A DNA stretch of 59,298 bases from an uncultured Verrucomicrobiae bacterium (lineage in GTDB: Bacteria > Verrucomicrobiota > Verrucomicrobiia > Chthoniobacterales > JAFAMB01), in the NCBI GenBank assembly GCA_963762565.1, contig CAVXLD010000006.1:1-59298 (forward strand), read 5' to 3'. Position numbers and translations under genes: made by a program. The notes beneath the pieces were generated by a model, which saw only the letters and a list, made by a program, of their open reading frames with translations, was not told where the DNA came from and did not search any database. Shown here in pieces: positions 29,978-40,088 of the stretch; the first letter of the stretch is position 1; each line of letters begins with the position of its first letter.

Positions 29978-32176
29978 CTAGTACGGATGTTTTTTGAAGG
30001 CGACCACGCCCAGCGGCGGTAAATTGATGCTGATAGAATGGCTTTGGCCTTGCCACGGAATGGCATCTGCGTGGACGCCGCCCATATTACCGACATTGCT
30101 ACCCCCGTAGGTTTCAGCGTCAGTATTTAGGATCTCTTCGTACCAACCTTCGTCGGCGGCTCCAAGCCGATAAGCATAGCGCGGCACGGGCGTAGCGTTG
30201 ACCACAAAGATCAGGCCTGGCCCATCCTGCGCCTTACGGAGAAAAGCGACAACGCTGCTCTCGGCGTCATGGAAATCGATCCACTCAAAGCCTTCGTAAG
30301 AGTCATCCAGTTGCCACAGAGCCGGCTCATTCTTGTAAAGATAATTCAAGTGCTGGACGAGGCGCCGGAGGCCGTCATGCATGGGGAATTGCAGGAGGTG
30401 CCAATCGAGGCTGCGATCGTGGTTCCATTCCTGCCACTGCCCAAATTCGCCGCCCATGAAAAGCAGCTTTTTCCCCGGATAAGAATACATCCAGGCGTAA
30501 AACATCCGCAGGTTAGCGAACTTCTGCCACGGATCGCCCGGCATTTTATTAAGCAACGCTCCTTTGCCGTGAACGACTTCGTCGTGGCTGAGCACCAGGA
30601 TGAAATGCTCCTGGAACGCATAGAGCAAGGAAAACGTGATATCGCCTTGATGGAATTTACGATGAACGGGCTCCCTGCTCATGTAGATCAGGAAATCGTG
30701 CATCCAGCCCATATTCCATTTGAACCCAAACCCGAGGCCACCCAAGAACGTAGGACGGGAGACACCCGGCCAAGCCGTCGATTCTTCGGCGATGGTCATA
30801 ATGCCGGGGAATCGTTCGTAGGAAACCTCGTTGAAACGCTTCAGGAAGTAGATTGCCTCGAGGTTCTCACGGCCGCCATGGACGTTCGGAATCCAGGCGC
30901 CCGGCTGGCGGGAATAGTCCAGGTAAAGCATCGATGCCACTGCATCCACGCGCAGTCCGTCGATGTGATACTCGTCCAACCAGAACAATGCATTCCCGAT
31001 TAAGAAATTTCGGACCTCGTTTCGCCCGTAATTGAAGATCAACGTTCCCCAGTCTTGATGTTCACCCTGGCGCGGATCCGCGTGTTCGTAGAGATGAGTT
31101 CCGTCGAACTGGGCCAATCCGTACGCGTCTTTCGGGAAATGCCCTGGTACCCAGTCAAGAATGACTCCGATACCGGCTTGGTGGCAACGATCGACAAACT
31201 CACGGAATTCGTCCGGGTTTCCGTAGCGACTCGTGGGTGAGTAATATCCGGTCACCTGGTAACCCCACGAGCCGTCGAATGGGTGTTCTGCCACCGGCAT
31301 CAACTCGATATGAGTGAAGCCCATCTCTTGGACGTACTTGATCAACCGGTCCGAAAATTCGCGGTAACTCAGGTAACGGTTATTCTCTTCCGGAACTCGG
31401 GCCCAAGACCCAAGATGAACTTCATAGACGCTGACTGGTTCTTTGTGCCATTGCCGGGTCCGGCGCGCCTCCATCCACTCGCGGTCCGACCATGTGAACC
31501 GCTCGAGGTTAAAGACCAGGGAGGCAGTCTGCAGCCCGTGTTGGCTGTAGAAAGCGAAAGGATCACCTTTGAGGATGATCTGACCGAAACAGTTTCGGAG
31601 CTCGAATTTGTAGTGAGCGTCTTCGCCAACCCCGGGTATAAAGATCTCCCAAATTCCTGCCTCGACCCTTTTGCGCATGGGATGGAGCCGGCCATCCCAT
31701 CCATTGAAGTCGCCCACTACCGATACCCGTTGGGCGTTCGGAGCCCAAACTGAGAAAAGAACGCCGGCGTGGCCGTTCACCTCCATGAGATGGGCGCCGA
31801 GTTTTCGGTAGATCTCGTAGTGGGTGCCTTCGCAGTACAGGTGCATGTCCAGCTCGCCAAGGAGCGGTCCAAAGGAATACGGGTCAGCGATTTGAGTTGT
31901 TTCCCCAGCCCAGTTGGTCACTTCCAGCAGATAATCGAAACGGTCGGGTTGACCGTTTGCTATCGCCTCGAATACGCCTTCTTCAGCGATTCTCTGAGCG
32001 ACAAATTTGGTCGTGGGATTAGCCCGATCGATCACCGCTAGCGTTTTTGCGTCGGGTCGGAAAGCTCGGACCACCTGGTTGCCATTTACCGATTGGAGAC
32101 CAAGGACACCGAACGGATCGGCGTGCTCCGCTCGGAGTAGTAAATCTAAGTCGTGGGGAGAGAGCGTAGCATTCAT
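29978..32176 (-). CDS. glgB: 1,4-alpha-glucan branching enzyme
   Basis: SWGYQ; LDWVPGHF; GLRVDAVASM; AEEST; LSHDEVVHGK. Confidence 0.98.
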   Translation of the reverse strand: MNATLSPHDLDLLLRAEHADPFGVLGLQSVNGNQVVRAFRPDAKTLAVIDRANPTTKFVAQRIAEEGVFEAIANGQPDRFDYLLEVTNWAGETTQIADPYSFGPLLGELDMHLYCEGTHYEIYRKLGAHLMEVNGHAGVLFSVWAPNAQRVSVVGDFNGWDGRLHPMRKRVEAGIWEIFIPGVGEDAHYKFELRNCFGQIILKGDPFAFYSQHGLQTASLVFNLERFTWSDREWMEARRTRQWHKEPVSVYEVHLGSWARVPEENNRYLSYREFSDRLIKYVQEMGFTHIELMPVAEHPFDGSWGYQVTGYYSPTSRYGNPDEFREFVDRCHQAGIGVILDWVPGHFPKDAYGLAQFDGTHLYEHADPRQGEHQDWGTLIFNYGRNEVRNFLIGNALFWLDEYHIDGLRVDAVASMLYLDYSRQPGAWIPNVHGGRENLEAIYFLKRFNEVSYERFPGIMTIAEESTAWPGVSRPTFLGGLGFGFKWNMGWMHDFLIYMSREPVHRKFHQGDITFSLLYAFQEHFILVLSHDEVVHGKGALLNKMPGDPWQKFANLRMFYAWMYSYPGKKLLFMGGEFGQWQEWNHDRSLDWHLLQFPMHDGLRRLVQHLNYLYKNEPALWQLDDSYEGFEWIDFHDAESSVVAFLRKAQDGPGLIFVVNATPVPRYAYRLGAADEGWYEEILNTDAETYGGSNVGNMGGVHADAIPWQGQSHSISINLPPLGVVAFKKHPY

Positions 32177-33366
32177 GATAAGCTGCGGAGCAAAGGCTCA
32201 ATTTTTTCGCGATAAAGACTCTGCGCGGAGTGGTTCATAAGCAGCCGTTTCCTACTGGCAAAAGCCAGATCAGTCTTTAATGCGTTAGCAATCGTTTCCC
32301 CAATATTTCTAGGGGAGGACCTCAGGTCAAATTTTACAACAAGGTTGGGCAAGTGCGACCGCAATGGTTCGATATCCGAACAAAAAATCGGCAAATGGAA
32401 CGCGGCCGCCTCTAAGATCGGCAGACCGAACCCTTCTTGACGAGTGGAAAACAACAAGGCGTCAGCGGCCAGGTAAAGGCTCCTCAGCTGTTGTTCGTCG
32501 ACCTGGAACCGCTCGTTCACCCAGATGATGCGATCCGCCACAGCCAGGTCGGCAGCTTGCCGCTTCAGACCCGACAAATGGGCCTGAGCATCCGCGTTGT
32601 ATTGGTTAGCCGCTCCGGTGACGAGGAGGTAAGCCGGGTGTCCCAGCTCCTTTAGAGCGCTGAGAATCTGAATCGCGAACCCGAGGTTTTTGCGAGGCAG
32701 AATCCGCGTTGGATAGAGGAACAGGGTCGCCTGACTATCGATTTGGTTGAGCAATGCTTCGACCTCGGGGGTCAATCCGAGGACGGTGGCCAGATCCAGC
32801 CCGTTCGGAATCACTGCTTCGACACTATGGCCGGTCAATTCCTGAAACTCGTTTGCTCTAGCTTGTGAGACCGCGATGTAACGAATGCTCGAGTGTTTCT
32901 CGCGGATCATGTCCACGATACTATTTCGCGGCAGAGAATAGTCTTGGTTGCTTGCGGCAAGGTCATGGGTCCAAGCCAGAATTTTTGCTCCGGCCTCGGA
33001 GAATTCGGTTAACACCTGAGTTGCCGCCAAATTAAAGGGCATGGTCATCAGATTATGGGCAACGACGCAATCCATTCTCTGTAAGAGGGGCGCGAATTGG
33101 TCCCGGAGTTTTTGGACGAGGGCAAAATAGCTGGCGCCAGGATAGCCGTTCCAGATTTCAGCCTGGGCAGCCGAAACTGATGGACTGGAAATATTAAAGT
33201 CCTCGAGAATGATCGTCTTGATGTTTGGGCTGAATTGGCGGCCGCTGCCACAGATCACTGTCACCTCGTGCCCGGCTTTCGCCATCAACCCCGCTTGTTG
33301 GCGAAGAATCACCTCGACACCGCCGACCGTTGGCCACGATGTATAATGGATCAGCCCTATTTGCAT
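32173..33366 (-). CDS. Glycosyltransferase family 4, coupled to glgB (alternative start 33408)
   Basis: VGGVE; PTRILPRKN; EGFGLPILEA. Confidence 0.92.
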   Translation of the reverse strand: MQIGLIHYTSWPTVGGVEVILRQQAGLMAKAGHEVTVICGSGRQFSPNIKTIILEDFNISSPSVSAAQAEIWNGYPGASYFALVQKLRDQFAPLLQRMDCVVAHNLMTMPFNLAATQVLTEFSEAGAKILAWTHDLAASNQDYSLPRNSIVDMIREKHSSIRYIAVSQARANEFQELTGHSVEAVIPNGLDLATVLGLTPEVEALLNQIDSQATLFLYPTRILPRKNLGFAIQILSALKELGHPAYLLVTGAANQYNADAQAHLSGLKRQAADLAVADRIIWVNERFQVDEQQLRSLYLAADALLFSTRQEGFGLPILEAAAFHLPIFCSDIEPLRSHLPNLVVKFDLRSSPRNIGETIANALKTDLAFASRKRLLMNHSAQSLYREKIEPLLRSLS

Positions 33367-33597
33367 GCTGCTCTTTGTAGCCTGCCCGGCTGAAAAATGC
33401 GTAGGCATTTTTCAGCCAGGCAGGCTGTGGCAGCGCCAAATAGGCTATGGCAGCGCCAAATAGGATATTGCAGCAGAAATGTTCGGCTGCGCCGAGACAT
33501 TCTGCTGCTGGGGCGACTTGGGCTAGAGCCCTCAACAAACAGACTTGAATCCGGGTTTAACTGCTTTAGTTTTCGCCTCTTTCGCAATCGCGATTTT

Positions 33598-33669
33598 GCC
33601 AGGGTAGCTCAGTGGTAGAGCAGGGGACTCATAAGCCCTTGGTCGGGAGTTCAACTCTCCCCCCTGGCA
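33598..33669 (+). tRNA. tRNA with CAT anticodon (probably elongator Met; CCA not encoded)
   Basis: GCCAGGG/CCCTGGC acceptor stem; CTCATAA anticodon loop; GTTCAAC T-loop. Confidence 0.93.
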
Positions 33670-33926
33670 TCATGCCCCGGATGTTCGGCGCCTTGCTGTC
33701 TGGAATCGCCCGAAATTGTCGCAACGGGCTGCGCAATCGTCCTCGTGCTCGTCCTTCGTGCTCGTCCTTGATTTGGGGGCGTGGGCGATGGTTCTAAGGG
33801 TGACGAGCGAGCGGACCAAGTGGACGGAGTGGACTCAGTGGACGGAGTGGGTCGGTGGGCGGACAAGGGGGACCAGGGAGCTTGGCACGACCAATCGAGC
33901 ACGAGCACGAGGACGAGTAAAAACCC

Positions 33927-35174
33927 TTACGGGTGGTTCGCTCCGATGCTCAGCGCTCGGAGTGCCCGTACACGATCGGGGACAGGGGGATGAGTGAAAC
34001 GCAGGGTGACCAGGAGCGGATGAGGGGTCAGGTTATGCAGGGTGTCTTTGCTTAGGCGGATCAAGGCCTCTACCAAGGGAGACGAATCACCGGTCGTCTC
34101 GGCTGCAAAACGGTCGGCTTCATATTCGTGATGACGGCTCCACGCATAGGTGGCGACTCCGAAAAAGATTCCCAGCGGTTGGATCAAAAGGAAAAAGAGG
34201 ACCAGCCCGACATAGTAGGAGCTATGGGTAACCCCGAATGCCGCCAACAAAGCAGGCCAAGTCAGGCAAAACGACGCCAACAAAAACGCGAGAAACAAAC
34301 TGACTTGAGCAAGGACAAACTGCTGTACGACGTGTTGCTTTTTGAAGTGGCCAACTTCATGCGCCAACACGGCTACCAGTTCCGGGACTGGATGATGGTT
34401 GATGAGAGTATCGTAAAGCGCGACGCGTTTGTTTTGACCAAAGCCGGTGAAAAAGGCGTTTGCCTTACTGCTGCGCCGTGAACCGTCAATGACCAATAGA
34501 TCGCGCAGCGGAAAGTTCTGCCGGCGACAATAGCTGGTTACCGCGTCCCTTAGTTCGCCGGGAGGCAACGGCTGAAACTTGAAGAAAAGCGGGAGAATGA
34601 GGGTGGGAGCTAGATAGGTTAAGAGAATCGAGATGGCGGCGGTAACCAGCCACGCTACCGGCCAAATCGGGATGCCGAACGTTTGCAACAGACCGAGTAC
34701 GATACTTAAGAACCCGAAAAGGATGATCCCGGCGATGAACCAGTTCTTGAGATGGTCCAACAGGAAGGTCTGCCAGCTGGTGCGGTTAAAACCAAAGCGG
34801 GTTTCCACGACAAAAGTGCGATACAGTTCAAATGGCAGCTCGAGCAGCTCGCGTGCGATCGCTAAGATGCTGATGTAAACGATCCCGGTCCAGAACGGGT
34901 GCCACCTAAATCCGCGCAACCAGAGGTCCAGACGCTCAAATCCGTTCAATCCCCAGAATAAGAGAAGGGCGGCTAGCAGTATGGTCGAGCTGATGATCTC
35001 GAGATGCGCTTTGGCCCGGGTGTATTGCTGCGAACGCCGATATTCTGAGCTGTCGTAGATTCCCACGAATTCCGGGGGCACTTCCTCTTTGAGGGAGCGC
35101 AGGTTAAGCAGGTTGGCGATCGTCTCTAGAAGATGGTACCCAACCAGGACGCAGATAATGAAGCCGGCGATCAT
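33927..35174 (-). CDS. M48 family (Ste24/CAAX-type) membrane metallopeptidase
   Basis: Multiple TMs; DGSRRSSKANAFFTG; LAHEVGH; EYEAD; THPP. Confidence 0.95.
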   Translation of the reverse strand: MIAGFIICVLVGYHLLETIANLLNLRSLKEEVPPEFVGIYDSSEYRRSQQYTRAKAHLEIISSTILLAALLLFWGLNGFERLDLWLRGFRWHPFWTGIVYISILAIARELLELPFELYRTFVVETRFGFNRTSWQTFLLDHLKNWFIAGIILFGFLSIVLGLLQTFGIPIWPVAWLVTAAISILLTYLAPTLILPLFFKFQPLPPGELRDAVTSYCRRQNFPLRDLLVIDGSRRSSKANAFFTGFGQNKRVALYDTLINHHPVPELVAVLAHEVGHFKKQHVVQQFVLAQVSLFLAFLLASFCLTWPALLAAFGVTHSSYYVGLVLFFLLIQPLGIFFGVATYAWSRHHEYEADRFAAETTGDSSPLVEALIRLSKDTLHNLTPHPLLVTLRFTHPPVPDRVRALRALSIGANHP

Positions 35175-35259
35175 GAATGGCTGATCTAGGTTCTATAGTT
35201 TACTACGGAACGAGAATCCAGTAACTCGTGAGGAACGATAGGAGGTGGGAAGCGCATTT

Positions 35260-35444
35260 GTGGAGCGCGCCTCGCTTGCGAGGCCGATGGTAAGCAGGGG
35301 GGTGACGTGGCGCCGGCTGGATCGTGGACTACGCTCTTACGTGTAGAGACGAGAGTCGCGACACCGTGCGCAGACAAGGATGGGTGCAATTCGTCACGAT
35401 TTCCCTTGCTCACCATCGGCCTCGCAAGCGAGGCAACGCTCCAC
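35260..35444. repeat. Family C inverted pair
   Basis: GTGGAGCGCGCCTCGCTTGCGAGGCCGATGGT ... ACCATCGGCCTCGCAAGCGAGGCAACGCTCCAC. Confidence 0.9.
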
Positions 35445-35474
35445 GGTGACGCTCCCTCTCACAAAGCACTTGAT

Positions 35475-35492
35475 CTTGACCGATCGGTTAAG
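35475..35492. promoter_or_regulatory. Putative TetR operator CTTGACCGATCGGTTAAG
   Basis: 16/18 palindrome 15 nt upstream of the TetR start. Confidence 0.75.
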
Positions 35493-35507
35493 TAAGTTCT
35501 TCCTTTC

Positions 35508-36116
35508 ATGAGGCAGTGCGAGTCCAAGCTAAAGCTGTTGCGGACCGCTCACGAATTAATCTCTCAGCAAAGCTACGGTTCGGTGGGAGTAGATCAAATT
35601 TGCGAGCAGTCTGGCGTAAAGAAGGGGAGTTTTTACCATTTTTTCCGTTCGAAGTCGGAGCTAACGGTTGCTGCCTACGAATATCATTGGGCGGGTCTAC
35701 AGGAGACGCTCGAGCGAATTTTCTCTGCTGAAAAAGCCCCGCTCGATCGGTTGGACGACTATTTCAACCATGTGCGTCAGTCCCAAACTGAACGTTCCCA
35801 GAGATATGGCCGGCTGTTGGGTTGCCCGTTTGTGTCGATCGGTTGTGAGCTTAGCACCCAAGACGAAAGTATCCGTTTAATGGCGCAAAAGATCAGTGAA
35901 GGGAAACGCGCCTATCTAGAAAATACCATCCGCGAGGCGATCCAGCGCGGCGATCTTTCTGCTGCTGATCCCAGAGCTTTGGCCGACGAGTTGCATACCT
36001 ACATTGTGGGTTTGGTTCAGGAGGCTAAAATCGCTAACGACGTTCAAGTTCTGGACCGTTTGAAGCCCGGCGCGCATCGTTTGCTGGGCTTGCACATCGC
36101 GCCAGCCGCAGTTTAG
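35508..36116 (+). CDS. TetR/AcrR family regulator (NemR-like)
   Basis: SVGVDQICEQSGVKKGSFYHFFRSK HTH; GCPF. Confidence 0.93.
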   Translation: MRQCESKLKLLRTAHELISQQSYGSVGVDQICEQSGVKKGSFYHFFRSKSELTVAAYEYHWAGLQETLERIFSAEKAPLDRLDDYFNHVRQSQTERSQRYGRLLGCPFVSIGCELSTQDESIRLMAQKISEGKRAYLENTIREAIQRGDLSAADPRALADELHTYIVGLVQEAKIANDVQVLDRLKPGAHRLLGLHIAPAAV

Positions 36117-36206
36117 AGGTTGTTACGCATCACAAGTGCGCTAGCCTGATTCTTGTCAGGAATTGCTTTCCTAACCAGGAACCTAATCAAACAGGAATCA
36201 GCTACC

Positions 36207-36632
36207 ATGTCATTCCAACCATTATACACTGCAGTGGCGACCGTCGTTTCAGGCCGCGAAGGATCTGGAGAAACATCTGATGGCAGCGTAAAAGTCAATT
36301 TCGCTTTGCCTAAAGAGATGGGAGGGCCAGGTAAACCGGGATCCACAAATCCGGAACAGCTATTTGCTTTGGGGTACGCGTCTTGTTTCGGTCAAGCGCT
36401 CCGAGTGATCACGGCGAAGCAGCAAGTTAAGGTCGGTGAAGTAAAGGTAACCTCTCACGTTACAATTGGAAAAACCGATGCGGGTGGATTTGCCTTAGGG
36501 GCGGAATTGCATTGCCATTTGCCGGGCGTCGATCAGGCCGAGGCCGAGAAACTGGTGGAAGCAGCGCATCAGATTTGCCCCTATTCGAATGCCACCCGGG
36601 GCAATATCGAAGTGAAGCTGGTAGTCGAATAA
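36207..36632 (+). CDS. ohr: Organic hydroperoxide resistance protein
   Basis: GREG; NPEQLFALGYASCF; AHQICPYSNATRGN. Confidence 0.95.
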   Translation: MSFQPLYTAVATVVSGREGSGETSDGSVKVNFALPKEMGGPGKPGSTNPEQLFALGYASCFGQALRVITAKQQVKVGEVKVTSHVTIGKTDAGGFALGAELHCHLPGVDQAEAEKLVEAAHQICPYSNATRGNIEVKLVVE

Positions 36633-36653
36633 GCGAGTCGCTGGAATAACGTC

Positions 36654-37448
36654 ATGGATCTCCACCTTGCCGGGAAATCGGCTTTGGTTAGTGGCTCTAC
36701 CGCTGGAATCGGTTTCGCTATTGCCCAGGGACTGGCGCGCGAAGGCGCGCAAGTGCTGGTGAATGGCAGGACGCAGGAGCGTGTGGACGTCGCCGTCGCC
36801 ACCATTAAGAAAAAGTTTCCGGATGCCGGCGTCGAAGGCTTCGCCGGCGATCTAGGCAAAGCGGATACCGCTGACGAGCTGGTGAAGCGTTATCCGGAAA
36901 TACAGATCTTGGTTAACAACCTCTCCATTTTCGAAGCCAAAGAGTTCACGGCGATCACCGATGAAGATTGGAGGCGGTTCTTTGAGGTGAATATCCTCAG
37001 CGGGGTTCGTCTATCTCGGAGCTACTTACCGAGGATGCTGAAAAGCGATTGGGGTCGCATCGTTTTCATCTCCAGCGAATCGGCGCTGCAAATTCCGGCG
37101 GAAATGATCCACTACGGGATGACGAAAACGGCGCAATTGGCGATCGCCCGAGGCCTGGCAGAACTGACGACAGGCACCGGTGTAACCGTCAATAGTGTGC
37201 TTCCGGGACCGACTGCGTCCGAGGGAGTCACTGATTTTGTGACCAGCTTAGCTAAGCAACAGAACCAATCGGTAGAGGCCTTTGAACAGCAATTCTTCGA
37301 AAAGGTTCGACCGACGAGTCTCTTAAAACGGTTCGAGTCAACCGAGGAAATCGCCAATATGGTCGTCTACGTGTGCAGTCCGTTAGCCTCCGGCACCAAT
37401 GGATCAGCTTTGCGAGTGGATGGCGGGGTGGTGCGAGCGATTGTTTAG
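36654..37448 (+). CDS. SDR family oxidoreductase
   Basis: SGSTAGIG; YGMTK catalytic motif; VDGG. Confidence 0.95.
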   Translation: MDLHLAGKSALVSGSTAGIGFAIAQGLAREGAQVLVNGRTQERVDVAVATIKKKFPDAGVEGFAGDLGKADTADELVKRYPEIQILVNNLSIFEAKEFTAITDEDWRRFFEVNILSGVRLSRSYLPRMLKSDWGRIVFISSESALQIPAEMIHYGMTKTAQLAIARGLAELTTGTGVTVNSVLPGPTASEGVTDFVTSLAKQQNQSVEAFEQQFFEKVRPTSLLKRFESTEEIANMVVYVCSPLASGTNGSALRVDGGVVRAIV

Positions 37449-37712
37449 GAGGTAGTGTGGGCGTTTTTGTCGTTGAGGCCCAGGATGGAGAGGGATCGCG
37501 TCCCCGCGATCCTTGTTCGCGAAGTATACGTCTTTGGAAGATCAGATGATCAGATTAGACCTTACGGCAAGGGACGTCTTCGCAGCGCGCGAGGATCCGA
37601 CGTCGCCCCGCTGGGAGAAAACTCGATTGGATGCATCAGGCTATGTCGGACGGGCAGCGCGCCCTCCCGGGTCTTGGGCGCGGTTTAGGCGTTTTCCCCG
37701 TTCGATACCAAC

Positions 37713-38234
37713 ATGACACGTTCCACTCCGCAAAAACTCCTCGATGCTGGCATTTCGATCAGCTATACCTTCGAACCCGGTGATCTCGGGCGGTTGATCG
37801 AAATTCACGGGATCCAAAATTTCCAGGATTACGGTTTCAGCCCGGTTCATGAGGCTTACTGCGCTCAAATCGCCAGCGAATTTATGCTCAATCCGAGCCC
37901 GGGCCGCGCAAAGGTCTGGCTCGCTAGGAAGGACGGAGCAGTTGTGGGATCCGTTTTCATTTGCGAACTATCGGATGATGTCGCTCAGCTGAGACTTTTG
38001 TTTGCGGACAAATCGGTCCGAGGATCCGGCCTCGGCCGGTGGTTAGTGGAAGATTCTGTCCAATACTGCCGCGAGGCCGGTTTTAAGAAGGTATTGCTTT
38101 GGACGGTCGATGGACTTGAGCGCGCAATCTCGATTTATAGGTCGCTCGGATTCGAACTAACCGGCGAGAAAACCCAGATCGTCTGGGGACGCGAAAGCAG
38201 AGAGCTGAGGTTCGATCTGGTTTTAAGCCAATGA
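37713..38234 (+). CDS. GNAT family acetyltransferase
   Basis: AQLRLLF; VRGSGLGRWL; AISIYRSLGF. Confidence 0.9.
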   Translation: MTRSTPQKLLDAGISISYTFEPGDLGRLIEIHGIQNFQDYGFSPVHEAYCAQIASEFMLNPSPGRAKVWLARKDGAVVGSVFICELSDDVAQLRLLFADKSVRGSGLGRWLVEDSVQYCREAGFKKVLLWTVDGLERAISIYRSLGFELTGEKTQIVWGRESRELRFDLVLSQ

Positions 38235-39241
38235 AAGCATTCGAAATAAAAACATACGGCGATCCAAATGGACTGAGTCGGGTGGATCGTCCGAGTCCGA
38301 GCCCGGCTGCGGGGCAAGTCTTGGTGCGGATCCGCGCGGTTTCTTTGAATTATCGGGACTTGATTGTGCTTCGAGGAGAGTACGACCGAAAACCGCAAAT
38401 TGGCCGAATCCCGTGTTCCGATGGAACGGGCGAAGTTCTGGCGGTTGGCGCAGGCGTTTCTCAATTCAAGGCGGGTGATCGCGTTTCCGGTTGTTTTTTC
38501 CAAGCTTGGACCGGAAGCCGGTTTAAAGCTGAATATCATCGCAGCGCGTTGGGAGGCGCGATTGACGGTGTTCTTGCGGAGGAGGTCCTGTTCGAGCAGG
38601 ACGGGCTGGTTCATTTGCCGGAGCTTTATTCGTTTGAAGAAGGAGCGACCCTTCCTTGTGCAGCCCTCACGGCTTGGCAGTCGCTCTTTGTGCGTGGTGG
38701 ATTAAGAGCGGGCGAAAGTGTTTTACTTCTCGGGACTGGCGGTGTTTCGATTTTCGGTCTCCAATTCGCGAAGGCCGCAGGCGCCAAAGCGATCGTGACT
38801 TCCAGCAGCGAAGAAAAACTGCAACGAGCGCGCGAACTAGGAGCCGATGAGGTGATCAACTATTGTTCCACTCCGGAGTGGGGCAAGGAGGCTGCGCGTT
38901 TGTCCGGTGTGGATGGCGTTGACCATGTGGTTGAGGTGGGCGGAGCCGGAACGTTTCAGCAATCCGTACGCGCGTGTCGTTTCCATGGGAACATCGGCCT
39001 TATTGGCATCCTGTCCGGCAAAGAGGCCGAGACTGAGATTTTTTCAATCGTGCCTAAGGGTTTGAACGTTTTTGGGATCTACGTTGGCAGCCGGGTGATG
39101 TTCGAAGACATGAATCGCGCGCTGTCGCAGAACCGGCTCAAGCCGGTGATCGACCGGGTGTTCCCGTTCACCGAGGCGCCGAAGGCTTTTCGTTATTTGG
39201 CCAGCGGAGCGCATTTTGGGAAAATCGTGATTTCGGTTTAG
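38231..39241 (+). CDS. NAD(P)-dependent medium-chain dehydrogenase/reductase (alcohol dehydrogenase-like)
   Basis: SLNYRD; PCSDG; LPCAALTAW; GTGGVS; HFGKIVI. Confidence 0.94.
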   Translation: MKAFEIKTYGDPNGLSRVDRPSPSPAAGQVLVRIRAVSLNYRDLIVLRGEYDRKPQIGRIPCSDGTGEVLAVGAGVSQFKAGDRVSGCFFQAWTGSRFKAEYHRSALGGAIDGVLAEEVLFEQDGLVHLPELYSFEEGATLPCAALTAWQSLFVRGGLRAGESVLLLGTGGVSIFGLQFAKAAGAKAIVTSSSEEKLQRARELGADEVINYCSTPEWGKEAARLSGVDGVDHVVEVGGAGTFQQSVRACRFHGNIGLIGILSGKEAETEIFSIVPKGLNVFGIYVGSRVMFEDMNRALSQNRLKPVIDRVFPFTEAPKAFRYLASGAHFGKIVISV

Positions 39242-39332
39242 CGAGGGGTCACGATCGTTCAGTCCCTATGGGACAAAGTCCGAGCAATCCCATTCGTAAC
39301 CCCGCCCCGACGTTTTCAACATAGTATCCCAT

Positions 39333-39376
39333 TTGACAGTACGACATAGCGCGATATATATCGTACGATATATAAC
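39333..39376 (+). promoter_or_regulatory. Sigma70-like promoter overlapped by a putative PadR operator
   Basis: TTGACA at 39333; palindrome CGATATATATCG (39352-39363) and a second CGATATATA just upstream of padR. Confidence 0.6.
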
Positions 39377-39386
39377 ACGTTGTATC

Positions 39387-40088
39387 ATGAGAATACAAAA
39401 TTTACGCGATTTCTTACTGTACGGGCCCTTTAGGGCTGCATTTGAGGGTGGTCAATCACGCCACCATTACTACGAGCGTCACCGGTGCCGGCCCTCTCGT
39501 GAAGATGAGCCGCGCGACTACAATCGAGGCCATTGGAGACACTGGAGCCGTGGGCGGGGCTGGGAAGATCATCCCTGGTCGGGAATGCCTGGTGGTCCGC
39601 GCGCCCGCTTTTTCGAGTTCGGCGAAGTGCGTCTAGCGATCCTTTCCCTGCTCAAGGATGCTCCCAAACACGGGTATCAGCTCATCAAAGAACTGACCGA
39701 ACGTTCCGGCGGTTTGTACAAAGCCAGCGCTGGGACTGTTTACCCAACCCTTCAGCAATTGGAAGATGAGGGACTTATTGTCTCTGAGGCGCAAGAGGGT
39801 CGGAAAGTCTATCATTTGACCCAGCACGGCATTGAGGAGCTTGAACGCGAGAAGGAGACGGTCGACCGGATTTGGGCACGGGCAGACAGCTGGGGAGATT
39901 GGGGGCAATGGATGGGGCCCGAAGCCTTCACGTTTTTCCGTCCGCTGGGATCGTTGATTAAAGCGACCTTCAAAGCTGCCAGATGGGCTGATGACGATCA
40001 TGAACGTGAAGGTAAGGTTGCCGCTATCCTTGAGCGAGCGAAGGAAGAGCTTAAAAACCTGTACAAATCAGGTCCGGAGCAATCATAA
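39387..40088 (+). CDS. PadR family transcriptional regulator with His/Arg/Trp-rich N-terminal extension
   Basis: LAILSLL..PKHGYQLI; SAGTVYPTLQQLEDEGLI; RKVYHLT. Confidence 0.93.
   Translation: MRIQNLRDFLLYGPFRAAFEGGQSRHHYYERHRCRPSREDEPRDYNRGHWRHWSRGRGWEDHPWSGMPGGPRARFFEFGEVRLAILSLLKDAPKHGYQLIKELTERSGGLYKASAGTVYPTLQQLEDEGLIVSEAQEGRKVYHLTQHGIEELEREKETVDRIWARADSWGDWGQWMGPEAFTFFRPLGSLIKATFKAARWADDDHEREGKVAAILERAKEELKNLYKSGPEQS

Noticed and set aside
30269..31003. 244-aa plus-strand ORF
   Set aside because: Antisense shadow of glgB with no recognisable motifs.
23362..33669. Genomic island integrated at tRNA-Val or tRNA-Met
   Set aside because: I saw no integrase and no duplicated tRNA 3' end, and core genes (xseA, glgB) lie in the interval.
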